64,000 bases of DNA from Eledone cirrhosa (Eukaryota). The stretch's first letter is position 1, and each line of letters opens with the position of its first letter. Shown piece after piece: positions 23,970 through 38,700 of this stretch. The notes beneath the pieces are model-generated. The model had not been told where the DNA came from and made no database searches. It saw only the letters and a list, made by a program, of their open reading frames with translations. The DNA is taken from NCBI GenBank assembly GCA_964016885.1, contig OZ024753.1, positions 20,956,001 to 21,020,000 on the forward strand, in the 5' to 3' direction. A program made the position numbers and the translations under genes.

Positions 23970-24311
23970 TCATCATCATCATCATCATTTTACGTCCGCT
24001 TTTCCCTGCTTGCAAGGATGGGACGGGAACTGATTCTGGCTTGATTTCTACAACTGCATGCCCTTCCTAACACCAACCTCATTTACAGTGAGTGCTGGGT
24101 GCTTTTTTGCCGTGGCACCTCCACTACCACTTTGCAGTGGAATGATATTGACCCCAGTCCCTATCATCTCGTTTCTACAGCTGAGTAAACTGGAGCAATG
24201 TGAAATAAAGTGTCTTGCTGAAGGAAACAACACATCACCCGGTCTGAGAATTGAACTCACATCCTTTCGATTGCAAGGCCAATGCTCTAACCACTAAGCC
24301 ATGTGCCTCCA
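23970..24311 (-). mobile_element. SINE family 1
   Basis: Full reverse-complement homologue of 3822-4165. Confidence 0.88.
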
Positions 24312-24320
24312 TATACATAT

Positions 24321-24367
<47 letters not shown>

Positions 24368-24387
24368 TATATACATATATATATATA

Positions 24388-24562
24388 TCATCATCATCAT
24401 CGTTTAACGTCCATCTTCCACACTAGCATGGGTTAGACAGTTTTGTTCCATCTGATGTGGGAATGGTCGGGAGACTATGTCTCATAAGGTAGTGTCTCTG
24501 GCAGGAATTTTTACAGCTGGGTGCCCTTCTTAACACCAACTTCATTTACAGTGTGGACTAAG
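24388..24562 (-). mobile_element. Short RTE-type 3' tail
   Basis: (CAT)n-cgtttaacgtcc...cagctgggtgccctt. Confidence 0.7.
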
Positions 24563-24594
24563 GTTATACATATACATACATATATATACATATA

Positions 24595-24912
24595 CATGGC
24601 TTAGTGGTTAGAGCATTGGGCTTGCAATCGAAAGGTTGTGAGTTCAATTCTCAGACCGTGTGATGTGTTGTTTCCTTGAGCAAGATACTTTATTTCATAT
24701 TGCTCCAGTCTACTCAGCTGTAGAAATGAGATGATAGGGACTGGGGTCCCTATCATTCCACTGTAAAGTGGACGTGGAGGTGCCACGGCAAAAAAGCACC
24801 CAGCACTCACTGTAAATGAGGTTGGTGTTAGGAAGGGCATCCAGCTGTAGAAATCAAGCCAGAACCAGTTCCCGTCCCATCCTTGCAAGCAGGAAAAAAG
24901 CGGACGTAAAAA
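24595..24912 (+). mobile_element. SINE family 1
   Basis: Homologue of 3822-4165. Confidence 0.88.
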
Positions 24913-25410
24913 TGAGAAAAAAAAAGAAAAATACACACACATATATATATATGCACACACATATATATACACACACATATATATATATATACACACACAT
25001 ATATATATATATATATACCCACACACATATATATATAGATATGTGTGTGTGTGTGTGTGTGTGTGTACATATATATATATATATATATGAACACTTAATC
25101 TAGAATTTAAAATTTTTAATTCTTTTTAATTCTTTTTAATTCTTTTTAATTATAATATTCAACATTTGATAAGATGGTTCACAATGATACATCGAAACCG
25201 GTTATATTTTATATATTTTACATACATTATAAAACTTCTATTTTTTTAAAGAATTGTTCCTCTCATTTTTTCAATAACGTCACTTTGACGAATCAAAGAA
25301 AATAAAGTAAAACAGATCCTTTAATATATTTTCTGTGCTATTTCCAATTCGACTCTTTCTCTCTCTCTCTCTCTCTCTCACACACTCTCTCTCCCTCTCA
25401 CACACACACA

Positions 25411-25481
<71 letters not shown>

Positions 25482-25510
25482 AAAGAATAGAGGTGTAACA
25501 CACAAGTTAT

Positions 25511-26095
25511 TATATATTGGTAAACGGAATAGAAAATGCTGACAAATTGTTCACAGTTGAAAAATGGTTTAATTAGGGATAAAAGAGTATTAGTGATTGT
25601 ATGGGTTAGTATTCAGTTGTGGTTTTAAGTTTTAAAGTGTTTACCGGTTGCGCATTTCTAACCCATGCTAGTGTGGAAGATGGACGTTAAACGATGATGA
25701 TGATGATATATATATATATATGTATATAAATATATATATATGTATATAAATATATATATATAAATATATATATGTATATATGTATATATGTATATGGAGG
25801 CACATGGCTTAGTGGTTAGAGCATTGGCCTTGCAATCGAAAGGTTGTGAGTTCAAAATCATCCCAACTTCAGAATCTTTCCCCTCTACAAATTTAAAGAT
25901 AATGCCACCCACACCCAGCGCATCAGCAAGGAATCTTACTTCATTAACAAATACGGACCCCGTCTAAACACTTCTGCCTAAGACGAATCCACAACATACA
26001 CACGTCAACATACATACCTACATCAGCACACATATAAACACAATGACATACGTAAACACACATGCTCTATGGTGCAACACAAAATAATATATGTG

Positions 26096-26147
<52 letters not shown>

Positions 26148-26459
26148 ATATATGTATGTATATATATATATAGTGAATATCATTTCACACCTTTTATTGT
26201 TAAGATTTTTGATGAGAACCGATTTTACTGAAAAAATCGAATAATGTACACCATTTTACCAGGGGGAAAAAAATACTGGTCCACCCACACACACACACAT
26301 ACACACGCGTACATTAACATACAAAGAGACTTATACACACACACACACACACACGCACTTCTCAGTATAAGACAAAAGCTGAAAAATATCTTTTGACATG
26401 CTAAAATTGCTTTCAGACACATTCTTACTGACCATCCCTGCTACCACGAATTACTCTGC

Positions 26460-26490
<31 letters not shown>

Positions 26491-27073
26491 TTATCTTAAT
26501 AACCATTTGACACACATCCCTGCTAACCATTGTCACAACATCGAACACCTTACTACTACTACACACACACACACACACACATATTTGTTGTGAAAGAGTC
26601 ATTCCTCAATCTTGGCGCAAAACTAATTTTTTATTCACATGACCTCTACCGACCAATCAAAATTGTTTTGACCACAAGAATTTTTGCAAACACCAAGTAG
26701 CGCTGGAGCCACTTTTTTAACATAAAAACAGTCTTGGCGCAAAATCAATTTTTTACATTCACATGACCTCTACCGACCAATCAAAATTGTTTTGACCACA
26801 AGAATTTTTGCAACACCAAAGTAACGCTGGGGCCACTTTTTTAACATAAAAACAGGTAGAATTCCCAAAACTAATCAGATCAGAGCAAACAACACGGACA
26901 CTCTATCTCAAAATTATTTTTGAAAAGCATTTAGAAATGCGCAACCGGTAAAAACTTTAAAACTTAAAACCACAACTGAATACTAACCCATACAATCACT
27001 AATACTCTTTTATCCCTAATTAAACCATTTTTCAACTGTGAACAATTTGTCAGCATTTTCTATTCCGTTTACC

Positions 27074-27080
<7 letters not shown>
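25511..27080 (+). mobile_element. 5'-truncated Penelope-like element with an inverted terminal copy at its 5' side
   Basis: 25853-25970 translates QNHPNFRIFPLYKFK-QRISKESYFINKYGPRLN (GIY-YIG C-terminus). 25511-25660 is the reverse complement of ~26932-27081. Degenerate hammerhead gcattt-ag-aaatgc-gcaaccggta. A ~122-bp tandem duplication lies at 26610-26855. Confidence 0.75.
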
Positions 27081-27106
<26 letters not shown>

Positions 27107-27223
27107 GTTGTACTGGGTTACATGTTACCAGTAGCAGTATATATATATATATCACAACAGGGTGGTTATACATGGCCAGCTGCATATCCCAATGATTACA
27201 TAACTGCACCTATGATTGTACAA

Positions 27224-27274
27224 GCATCTGATGAAGTCACATGCATAACCATGTAGGAGAAATATATATCATGC
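27224..27274 (+). ncRNA. Type I minimal hammerhead ribozyme
   Basis: gcat CTGATGA agtc-acatg-cataac-catgt-agga GAAA tatata TC atgc, followed by aataaa. Confidence 0.7.
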
Positions 27275-27510
27275 AATAAAACAATTATGGTGAAATAATC
27301 CCGTCTTAACTACTCTTATTTGATGTAAATGTGGTTGGTGTTAGGAAGGGCATCCAGCTGTAAAATACCCGGTCAAATTTACAGTCTTTGCCTGAGCAAG
27401 GTGCGACATGGTCAACCATGGCCAGACTTACCTCCCAGCATGGACGACCTGTCTAACCCATTCAAGCACAAAAGAATGGATGCTAAATGGCAATGATGAT
27501 GATATATATA

Positions 27511-28852
27511 TCATCATCATCATCATCACTGTTTTACATCCATTTTTCCCCACTAGCATGGGTTAGACAAGTTGTTCTGTTGTGGACAATACCAGGTCAG
27601 GTGACACTGTCTTGCTCATACAGAACTGATTTTGGCTTGATTTCTACAGCTGGATGTCCTCCCTAACACCAACATCATTAACAGTGAGTACTGGGTGTTT
27701 TTTTTTTATTGTGGAGCCTACACAACCACTTTACAATGTGGACTGGATGCTTTTTGTCATGACACCTACTTGACCACTTTACAGTGGGAGGGGGGGGGGC
27801 TTACTGTCTATATGCACCTGTGAGAAGTTGGGTCTTCTGTGTTACTGCGTAACACCAGAGGTCACCGTCCTTTGAGGGGTGCAATTGTGCAAGATTTGCT
27901 TTTATCACCTCATCCCAGGTCTTCTTGGGTCTCCCCACACCAAGGCTTTCATCGACTTTTAGCACTCTGCACCTTTTATACAGCTGTTATCCTTCATACA
28001 CATCACATGTCCAATGTAAACTCCTCTCCTGCATATAGCTTTTGATTCTTCTTATGCCAAGTCTCTCTCTCAATTCATTTATGCTTTGCCATTCACATAT
28101 ATTACTATTACACATCCATTGGAGCATGCAAGCTTCATAAGTCTTCTGCACACAATGCCCAGGTCTCACTACCATGTAACATTGCTGTTCGTATGCATGC
28201 ATCATACAGTCTGCCTTTAATTTTTGAGGGAAAAGTCTTTTGTAGCTAGCAGTAGAAGTAGTTGAATTTCCTCCATCCCGTTCTTACGCTACTTACTGTA
28301 CTTTCCGAGCACCCACCTCCACTGCTAATTCAGTCATCTAGGTAGCAGAAGCTGTCTACTGTTTCTAACGAGCCCTCCCAGAGTTTAGTGGTGCTTGTTT
28401 CCTGTGGTCATTTACTGCTTACTGTCCTGGTACAACTGCTACATGTAAAGCCTACATTTCTTAGCTAAACTTCCTGAGATCCCACTACATCTATTTTACC
28501 CATAGTTTTCATTTGGGGTAGAGGATGGAATTTCTACCTACACCTTTCCTACATACTGAGCAAGGCCATTTTTCCTGAGGGGATCTTGGTTCTGTTTTCT
28601 CTTCTACATACTAGGACCTTAGTCTTTATCAGGTTGACTTTAAGACCCCTTCTTTATAGGCCCTGCTTCCATGTTTGGAATTTCTTCTCTAGTTCCACCA
28701 TAGATTCAGCTATAAGTGTAAGATCATCTGTGTACAGAAGTTCCCATGGGCATCTAATGTAAACCCCTCTGTTATAGTTTTCAATACAATAATAAACAGG
28801 AGAGGGCTAAGAACAGAGCCCTGGTAGATCCTAACCTGTATGTAAAATTCCC

Positions 28853-28855
<3 letters not shown>
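27511..28855 (-). mobile_element. RTE-clade LINE 3' fragment, older copy
   Basis: YQGSVLSPLLFIIVL, LLYTDD, Cys-rich insert and UTR. Further RTE tails lie at ~27325-27500 (+) and ~28903-29075 (-). Confidence 0.85.
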
Positions 28856-28906
<51 letters not shown>

Positions 28907-30153
28907 TCATCATCTTCATTTCCATTTAACATCAATTTTACCATGCTTGCATGGATTAGATGGGCCGTCCACACTGGGAGGCAAGTCTGGCCAGGGTTGG
29001 CCATACATTGCACTTTGTTCCAACGAGGACTGTAAATTTTGCACTCTATTTTACAGCTGGATGCACTTCCTAACATAGTTTCACCAATGGTGGCTTATTC
29101 AAACACCTAGAATTCAATCAGTTGCAATAAACTATTACCAATGAGATTTCGAGGTCACTATCATCTAAATGAAACCAGCATATAAAGAATAAAAAAATTG
29201 TAATGGAACTTTGCCTGGTCCCGATTTATCATTGTGATGGAAACCACCATTCACTCAGAAAGCTTAAAGCTTATATATATTATAAATTTAATTAAAAATA
29301 TGTATAAGCTATTGAGAAAATATTTTATATACAACAGACACAGCCCAATAGGGGTTTATCAGTATTTCCTATCAAATAATATCCCTTTCAGGCATTTTGT
29401 CTTCTATTTTCATCATATTTCTCTTTCATATAGCTCTTTTTGGTGCTTCTTTTCATACTCTCCTGTAGCTTATATATTCCAGATTGTTGATGAGTGCTTT
29501 ATTTGTAACAAGTTTTCAGTTAGTATATTCTCTTCTCTGTATCAATTACCAAACTTTTACTATAAAATACAGTGTTGTTTATAATGAAAAAAATTGTAGT
29601 GAATGTAATTCTGTATATCTATGTCTGGGGGAATTATATATATGTCAGACTCCTTACATCGCTGATGTTATTTATAATGAATAATTTGTTGTGAATATAA
29701 TTTTGTATATCTGTTTCTGGAGAAATTTTATTTCTGATATGTCTAATCCCTTACATCAATAATTTTTTTCTTCCTGTTTATTCTGTTTATTATGTTGATG
29801 GTAGAAGAATAAGGAAGAAGATTTGTGAAATAGTAGGAGGGAAATTAGATCTTGAAAAATAAATGCTGAATTTTTCAAATCATTTTGAAAGTAATCCTGA
29901 ATTTGGATGAATTTAATCATGTAACAAAATTTCTCATTATTAAACTGCTGCTGGGAACATAACTTAACAAAGGTTTTGGCATAAAATGATGATGGAAGGT
30001 TTCAAAACAGGAGTGGTTTCAAAACAGGAGTGGTATTGAAAGGGTCAAACACAGGAGTCCTAAGCAAGCTGACCAATGACAGTCAAAGTAAGACCATATT
30101 GTTTTTTTTTGTCTTTTCTTTTTGTGTTTTCTTTTCATTATTTTAAAATTCAA

Positions 30154-30342
30154 GGCGGTGAATTGGCAGTATCGGTAGAGGGTTGGACGCCATGCTTTCT
30201 AGCATAGTTACGTCCCTTTACGGTCTGAGTTCAAATCCTGTCAAGGTTAACTTTGCCTTTCATCCTTATGGGGTCAATAAAATAAAGTATCAGTAATGTT
30301 CTGGGTAATTGCTGGCCTTGTGCCAAAAGTAGAAACAATTAT
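30154..30342 (+). mobile_element. SINE family 2
   Basis: Homologue of 12700 with TSD attattttaaaattcaag. An older copy follows at ~30410-30560. Confidence 0.85.
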
Positions 30343-30916
30343 TTTAAAATTCAAGTTGGTGTATACATTATTAATTCTTTGTATTCAGATGGTTGAATAG
30401 GATTTTATGGGCGATGAATTGACAGAGTTATTAGAACGTTGGATAGAATGTTTTATGGTATTCGTTCCAGCTCTCTGCTCTCTCAGTTCAAATTCTGCTG
30501 AGATCAACTTTGCCTTTCATCCATTTGAAGTCGATTAGAAACATTACCAGTCTAGTATTGTAGTCAGTTCTTCCTCTATATCTCTCACTTTCTCTCTCTC
30601 ACACTCTCTATCCTTCTCTGGAAGAAGCTGTGTTCAAACCTGGAGAGGAGATAGACTTCGCTAGGATTTAAAATGTCTTAGAAACTCCTTATGCCACTAC
30701 ACTACCCTACCACTCCATAAGAAGACATAAGAATGGAATTTTAGAAAAATTTGGCAGCTATTTCTAGCAGCTCAAGTGACTTTATAGAAGCTCTCTTCAT
30801 GTTTACATTTATTTTGTCATTGTGGCATTGTTGTTGATACTGTTCTTCTGGCACTTCTTTTCTTGTTTCTTCACTACTGCTACTACTGCTACTACTACTA
30901 CTACTACTACTACTAC

Positions 30917-30917
<1 letters not shown>

Positions 30918-30949
<32 letters not shown>

Positions 30950-32027
30950 TTTCATTTATTAGCCGCAAGGGCTGACATGTAGGGGACAATACAAAGACAG
31001 GGACAGTGGGGGTTTACAATAAGGTCGAGTAAAAGTGCATAATGGCAAGACTAATTTAACAATGAAAATATAAAAATATAAAATAAACTATGCATAAATA
31101 TAACAAAATAAATTCCCCGATAGGGGGTGGACGACCCTGGGGTGACTCGGGTACCCCACCAATCCTGAACCACCCTGCGCTTCTAGGGCACCCAGGGAGA
31201 GCACCCCTCTCCTCAAGTTAGCTAGCCTATAGGCGCATGGTCAGAGTAGGCCCATTCACACGAGCCATTCTCGCCACATTCACCACCTTTTAGCAAATGT
31301 ACTGGGGGGGCAGCACTTCTCTCTCCACCCTCACCTTCCTTTCCAGGTGAAACTTGAAGAAGTTGATGAGGGATTGGCCGAAGAGAAAAGTGTCTGTCTT
31401 TAGTCCTTTCAACCTGGTCCACCATATAACCTCTTTCGCAACTGCCACTAGACAGAGGAAAATTTCCTGCTCTTCCTGACCTAAGGACTATGGACTCGTT
31501 CCACACGCGACAGTAGCTGTTTGACATAACTCCACAAGTCAGTAATGCACGGACATTGGACAAGTGTGTGCAGAACGGTTTCGTCATTCTGTGCGCATCT
31601 TGGGCAGGTCCATCTGACAGCACTTCCGTGCCTGTAGAGTTTATCCCGAACCAGCAGTGGCCCCCGGTAGCACTGCCAAGGAAGGGATTTCTGGAAATTG
31701 TCCATCGTCCCCGGCTCAAAAGTCCTCCGGTACAGACTGCTCAGTTCGACTTCGTCGAGGCCCAAAGCTTCTCCAAGTGCGTCATCACACTTGCCCACCA
31801 CTAATCCTCTATAGAACTCGTGAGTGGAAGTTCCACTGATTGCATTGCCCGCTTGGTAGAGGGCAGTGAGTGCCTGGCAACATTCCAGGTGCCAGTCACC
31901 CAGTCTCGGTCTCTTCTTGACCCAGGACTGCAGCTCAGTCAAAGAAATGAGCTGCGGAAAGGCCCGTCTGATAAACGGCGACCACACCGTTGAGGCAGAA
32001 TATCTGGAGCAACAACAACAACACCAA
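30918..32027 (-). mobile_element. L1/Tx1-clade LINE 3' fragment (subfamily B)
   Basis: WQCYRG-VRDKL-CPRCAQNDETVLH-QCP (C-terminal CCHC), then AATAAA and an (ATT)n tail. Confidence 0.88.
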
Positions 32028-32734
32028 CTACTACTCAACAGTTTCACTGATATCTGTTCCAGTTGTTCAAATGATGGAACAGCCTGCTCATGAAATCATT
32101 GTGTAAGTGGCTGAGCATTCCACAGACACATGTACCCTTAATGTAATTCTGAGGGCAATTGAGCATTACACAATATGTGACAAGGCGGGCCTTTTGAATT
32201 ACAGGCACTGTTCATTTGACAGGCTTTCATACAGTTTCTGTCTACGCACTATCACTCACAAGTCATGGGTCGACCTGATGTTATGGTAAATGGTATTTGT
32301 CCAAGATTCCACACATTGGGATTGAACCTGGGACCTTATTGATTATGAAGGGATCTTCTTAACCATGAAAGAAGGTAGGTGTGAAAACCAAACTCACTAT
32401 CTTCAATTAGCTATTTGTGCCAACCCCTGAGTATGGTCATGGACCTTAGATAATAACTGAAAGTACTATCACAAATACAAGTGACCAAAAGTCATTTGAT
32501 TAAGAGCCACTACTTCTCTAATGTTACGGGAATATGGTTAGAATGTCTCAGGAAAGAATCCCATATATCAGGAACCCGTGCTTCGATTTACGCAAAACTT
32601 GTTTAATTCCATTTGTATTCCCACTTCAGGGGCAACTTCCTTTCAAAGTTTTTTCCCATTATGCGCCCTTTTGGCTGTATTACATTACAGACAGGCAAGC
32701 AAACAATCACATACTTTTAGTAATATATATAGAT

Positions 32735-35555
32735 GACTTTCTTTTTATTTGCCACCAGGGCGTCAAAGAGTGGGACAAGTACAATGGGGGAGTTTACATA
32801 AAAAGGCGTCCTCACTAAGGAGGAGGCAATAATAAAATATAAAAATATAAGATATAAAATATAACAAAAATAAATTGAATAACAAAATCCTCAATAGGGA
32901 GGTGGCGCCTTGGGGGGTCGCACACACCCCCGAAAAAGTGTCCAACCCTTCTCCTCAGGAGCACAGAGAGTGGGTGCTCCCTTAATCTTTCATCTTTCTC
33001 ACCTACAGTCTGATGTAGAGTGAAGGCCCATTCACATGGGCCATTCTCGCCACTTTCACCCATCTTTCTTAAAAACGGCTGGAGTGGAGCACCTCTCTCT
33101 CCATCCTGATCCTTCCGAAATGATATCGGAAGAAACGGACCAGTTGTTGGCCAGAGAGAAAGGCGTCTGACCTCAGTCTTTTCAGATGCGTCCACCATAC
33201 AACCTATTTCGCCATGGCTATTATGCACAGAAACACTGCCTCTCCTTCGTTTTTGAAGAGGGGAGGCGGTTTGATCGTTACAATAGACTCGGAGGTCAAC
33301 CGGATCGGTCCCACCCGTGACAGCAGTCGTTCGACATAGCCCCACAGATCAGCAATGCCCGAGCAGTGTACCAATGCGTGTGCAACGGTTTCCTCGTCGC
33401 ACACGCATCAGGGACAGATCTTTTTCGAGGGGTCCCTACCCGGGCGCCCGCGTCTATAGAGCCTTTCTCAAACGGGCAGAGCCCCTCGGTAGCACTGCCA
33501 GGCCAGGGACCTCTGGAAGTTATCCATAGGTCCCGGGCTGATGTCCTACCGAACAGGTTGGCCAGTTCGTCTTCCTCCATGCCTAGGGCTTCTCCGAGGG
33601 CGTCGTGGCACCTGCTAACCACCAGCCCTCTATAGAATGACGAGGTGGATTCTCCACTGACAGCCGGGTCCGCCTGCCAGAGAGCCGTGAGCGCCTGGGC
33701 ACACTCGGTGTGCCAGGCGCCCAGTTTTCTTAGTCTTTGCTTGACCCAGGATTGCAGCTCGGTGAGCGAGACGAGTCTGGGAAAGGCTCGCCTCACAAAC
33801 GGGGCCCACACCGGTTGACCGGTGAGGAATACCTGGAGGTGCCGTAGCCTTAATGCGTGCTTGCGCATCATCAGCCACGGCATCCCCAGCCCTCCTTTCG
33901 AAGGGTATTGACAGCAGATGGATCTCCTCACCATAGGAGCCCGCTTCTTCCAAAGGAATTGGAAGAGTGTGCGCTCCATTTTGGCGAGCGTTTCCCTTGG
34001 TCAAGGCACGACGGTCAGGCGGTAGTAGATGACGGACGCTATATAAGTGTTCGCCACCTCCGCCCAACCTTTCAGGGACAGCTTGCACTCGGTCCACTTC
34101 TGGGTCAGTGCAAACACCCTGTTCGTTACCTCACCCCAGTTCTTCTCCACCTGGAGGTCTGGTCCGAACCAGAGCCCAAGCAACTTCACCGGGCCCTCCG
34201 TCCAGCGCTCGACGATGCCATCGGAGGGCATCAATCTGCCCCTCCACGTTCCGAGTTGCAGACCAATCAACTTGTCCCGGTTCAGCTTAGCCCCTGTAAA
34301 TCTTTCGTACTCCTCCAGTAGGTGCTGATCGCCCCGATATCCGAGGCTGTCGACACCATTACTGTTACGTCATCGGCGTAGGCCGACACCGCTTTCTGCA
34401 ATCCCGGTCCCAACGGGATGCCCTGCAACAACTCCAACTTACGCAGCAGTTGCTGTAGAGTCATTACATACAGAAGGGAGGAGAGAGGGCACCCTTGTCG
34501 GATGGACCGCGTGATTTCGAACGGCTCCGAGAGGTAGCCGTTCACCTTGCCCCTGAAAACGGGTCCGAAGCCTGCCGCCGCTAGCACCGCATCCAGGAAA
34601 CCATGGTCAAACCTATCGAACGCCTTAGATTGTTCCAAGTTGATCAGGGGCCCACCAAAGCCGGGTTCGTTCCCAACCCTCTCTATGATGTATCGCATGA
34701 GGTGGAGGTTGTCGTGGATGGACCTGGATGGGATAGCATATGTCTGCGCATCTCCCACCAGGTTGCCCACGACAAGCGCCAACCTCTTTGCTAGCACCTT
34801 GGCCAAAATCTGTAACTCTGTATTTAGCAGAGCTATGGGCCTGAAATTATTTATATCGTCCCCCTTGTTCTCGTCCTTCCTCACTAGCGTGACTACACCC
34901 TTGATCACAGCACAGGGAATTCTCCCGTTCTGTTGCAAGTTGCAGTAGACCGCCTTGAGGAGATCGGGGAACAAGTCCGGCATAGCTAGATATAGTTTGT
35001 ATGGAAGACCATCGAGACCTGGGGATTTGCGTTTGCCGCATTGGCTCAGCACGTCCTCTATCTCAGCGGCTGAAATCGGCTCCTCGCAGGACTCCACCTC
35101 CCTGTCCGAGAGACGCGGCAGGCCGTCGAGGTATGGATCGAAGTCCATTTCCCCAACCGGTTCTCCGCCCCTTCCGAACAATCTGGCAAAGTGCTTTTGA
35201 AAAGCCTCGCGCATCTGCTTAGGTTCAAGGATCACCCGTCCATCCTGGTCTCGCAAAGACTGGATAGTGGATCTACTCCCTCTTTTGGCTTCTGTCACGC
35301 GGGCCCAGCTACAGCTTTCGTTCCCTCGTTTCCCAGAGCACGTATTTTGCTTCGGACGATGCAGCCTTCGTGTTTCGCGTCGAAGAACTGGCCCAGGGCC
35401 GTTCTCGACGCTAGCACTCTGGCCATGTCGCTGCTTCTAATTGCCTCTTCTACACTATCTACCAACTCCCTTTCCTTCTTATTTCTATTTGAGGCTAACT
35501 CCTTACTTAATTCTATAGAGACTACTCTAATCTCTCTTTTGAGAGATCCCCACTA
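32735..35555 (-). mobile_element. L1/Tx1-clade LINE, 5'-truncated (subfamily A)
   Basis: KSPGLDGLP, FRPIALLN, KAFDR, IRQGCPLS, AYADD, GGLGMP, ETVAHALVHC. Confidence 0.92.
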
Positions 35556-35734
35556 TAGATAGATAGATATATTTCTTTATTTACCATAAAGGCATAACAA
35601 GAAGGGACAAATACAAAGGGGGAGTTTACATAAAATCGAGTAAAAAGGGTATAAAATGAAAATAATCGAAAACAACCTCAAAAGGGAGGGGACGTGATGG
35701 GGGTTGCACACACCCCTGAAAAAGTGTGCAATCC

Positions 35735-38700
35735 TTTGCCCGGGGAGCACATGGAGAAGGTGCTCCCCTCTCCCTCACTTCTTTACCTACAGGATGGTAT
35801 ACAGAGAAGGCCCATTTACACGAGCCATTCTCGCCACTATCACCCACCTTTCATAAAACTGCCTGTGGCCAAGCACCTCTCTCTCCATTCTTATCCTTCT
35901 TCCGAAGTGATATCGGAAGAAGTAGACCTTTCAATCGTGTCCACCAAACAACCTCTTTCAACATGGCTATTACGCACAGAAAAACCGCCTTTGCTTCCTT
36001 TGTGAAGAGGGGAGGCGGCTTGATTGTCATCACGGACTCGGCGGTCAATCGAATCGGCGCCACCCGCGACAGCAGTCGTTCGGCGTAGCCCCACAGATCA
36101 GCCACGCCCGGACATTGCACCAATGCGTGCTCAACGGTTTCTTCGTGACGCACGCATCTAGGGAAAATCTTTTTCGAGGGATCCCTGCCCGGGCGCCCGT
36201 GTCTGTAGAGCCTCTCTCGAACGGGTAGAGCCCCCCGGTAGCACTGCCAGGCTAGTGGCTTCTGGGAGTTGTCCATTGGTCCCGGGCCGAAAGTCCTACC
36301 GAACAGGCTTGCAGTTCGTCCTCTTCCATGTCCAGCGACTCTCCAAGGGTGTCATCGCCCCTGCTATCCACCAGCCCTCTATAGAATGATGAGGTGGATT
36401 CTCCACCGATGGCCTGGCCCGCTTGCCAGAGAGCCCTGAGCGCCTGGGCACACTCAGTGTGCCAGTCTCCCAGTTTTCCGGATCTTTGCTTGACCCAGGA
36501 CTGCAGCTCGGTGAGCGAGACGAGTCTCGGAAAGGCTCGTTTCACGAACGGAGCCCACACCGGTTGACCAGTGAGGAATACCTGTAGGTGCCGTAGCCTT
36601 AATGCGTGCCTACGCATCATCAACCACGGCATCCCCAGCCCTCCTTTCGAAGGTTGTTGGCAGCAGATGGATCTTCTCACCATAGGAGGGCGCTTCTTCC
36701 AAAGAAATTGGAAGAGCATGCGTTCCATGGTGGTGAGTGTTTCCTTAGGGCAAGGCACGACAGTCAGGCGGTAGTAAGTGACGGACGCTATGTAAATGTT
36801 CGCCACCTCCGCGCGACCTTTTAGAGACAGCTTACACTTGGCCCATTTCTGGGTTAGTGCAAACACCTTGTTCGTAACCTCGTCCAAGTTCTTTTCCACC
36901 TGGAGGTTCGGTTCAAACCAGACCCCAAGCAACTTCACCGGGCCCTCCGTCCAGTGTCCGACGACACCGTCGGGAGGCATCGGTCTGCCTCTCCACGTTC
37001 CGAGTTGCAGCCCGATGGATTTTTCCCGGTTCAGTTTCGCTCCTGACAACCTTTCGTAATCCTCCAGTAAGGTACCGATCGCCTCGATCTCCGAGTCGGT
37101 CGATACCATTACTGTTACGTCATCGGCGTAGGCCGACACCGCTTTGCTCAATCCTGGTTCCAGGGGGATACCCTGCAACAACCCCAACTTCCTCAGTAAA
37201 GGCTCGAGAGTCAATACGTACAGAAGGGAGGAGAGAGGGCACCCCTGTCTAATGGATCGTGTGATTTCGAACGGCTTCGAAAGGTAGCCGTTCACCTTGA
37301 TCCTAGAACAGATGTGGTTGCTATGTAAGGCAGTGATCCAGCCTCTGAAAACAGGACCGAACCCAGCCGCCGCTAGCACCGCATCCAGGTAACCATGGTC
37401 GACCCTATCGAAGGCCTTAGACTGATCCAAGTTGATCAGGGCCCCACCGAAGCCGGGTTTGTTGCCAACCCTCTCTATGATGTATCGCATGAGGTGGAGG
37501 TTATCGTGAATGGACCTGGATGGGATAGCGCATGTCTGCGCATCTCCCACCAGGCCACCCACGACAAGCGCCAACCTCTTTGCTAACACCTTGGCCAAAA
37601 TCTTTAACTCTGTGTTTAGCAGGGTTATGGGCCGAACATTATTTATACTATCCCCCTTGTTCTCGTCCTTCCTCACCAGCGAGACTACGCCCTTGGCTAC
37701 AGAACAAGGAATTCTCCCGTTCTGCTGCCAATTGCAGTAGACCGCTTCGAGGAGTTCGGAGAAGAAGACCGGCATTGCTAAATAAAGTTCGTAAGGTATA
37801 CCATCGAGACCTGGAGATTTGCGTCTGCTGCATTGGCTCAGTGCATCCCCGATCTCATCAGCCGAGATTGGTCCCTCGCAGGACTCTGCCTCTTCGCTCG
37901 AGAGACGCGGAAGGCCGTCGAGGTATGGACCGAAATCCACGTCCCCGCCCGGACCCTCGCCTCCTCCGAATAATCGGGCAAAGTGCCTTTGAAAGGCCTC
38001 GCACATCTGCTTAGGCTCCCGGATCACCCGTCCATCCTCGTCTTGCAAAGACCGGATGGTGGATCGATTTCCACTCTTAGCTTCTGTCACGCGGGCCCAG
38101 CCAACGGCTTTGGCCCCCTCATTACCTAGAGCACGTATTTTACTTCGAATGACGCAGCCTTCGTTCTTTGCATCGAAAAACTGGTTCAAGGCCGTCCTCG
38201 ATGCCAGCACTCTGGCCACATCTTCGCTCTTGATTGCCTCTTCTAATTTACCTGTTAATTCTTTCTCGTTTCTATTCCTATCGGCAGCTAACATCTTGCT
38301 ATAACTTATTGATTCTGTTCTAATCTCTCTTTTGAGAGATGCCCACCATCGGTTGTTGACGATTGCACCCGTCAACCTCTCCTTAACTAATCTGCTAATC
38401 CGGTTTCTGTAAGTCTCTTTTGCCGGTAAAGACAAATTAAGTTTCCAGTAACCGGGACCCTGTTTATGTGTTTTCTCGAGATTGACTACGCAGGTCACTA
38501 ATTTGTGATCCGTATAGCCAACCGTGAGCATTTCTGGACAGCTTAATATGTCCCTATCCTTACTTATAACTAAGAATCTATCTAAGTACGATCTAGATTG
38601 ACCACTATGGTTCGTCCAATCCAGGTTGGCACAGTTGGAAAATCTAGTCGATATCTATCGACCAAGTTAAAACGGTCGAGTAACCCCTTGAGGCTGTTAC

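Noticed and set aside
25165-25205. Further hammerhead-like remnants (also ~29070-29105 and ~61780-61815)
   Set aside because: The core boxes are too degenerate to call individually.
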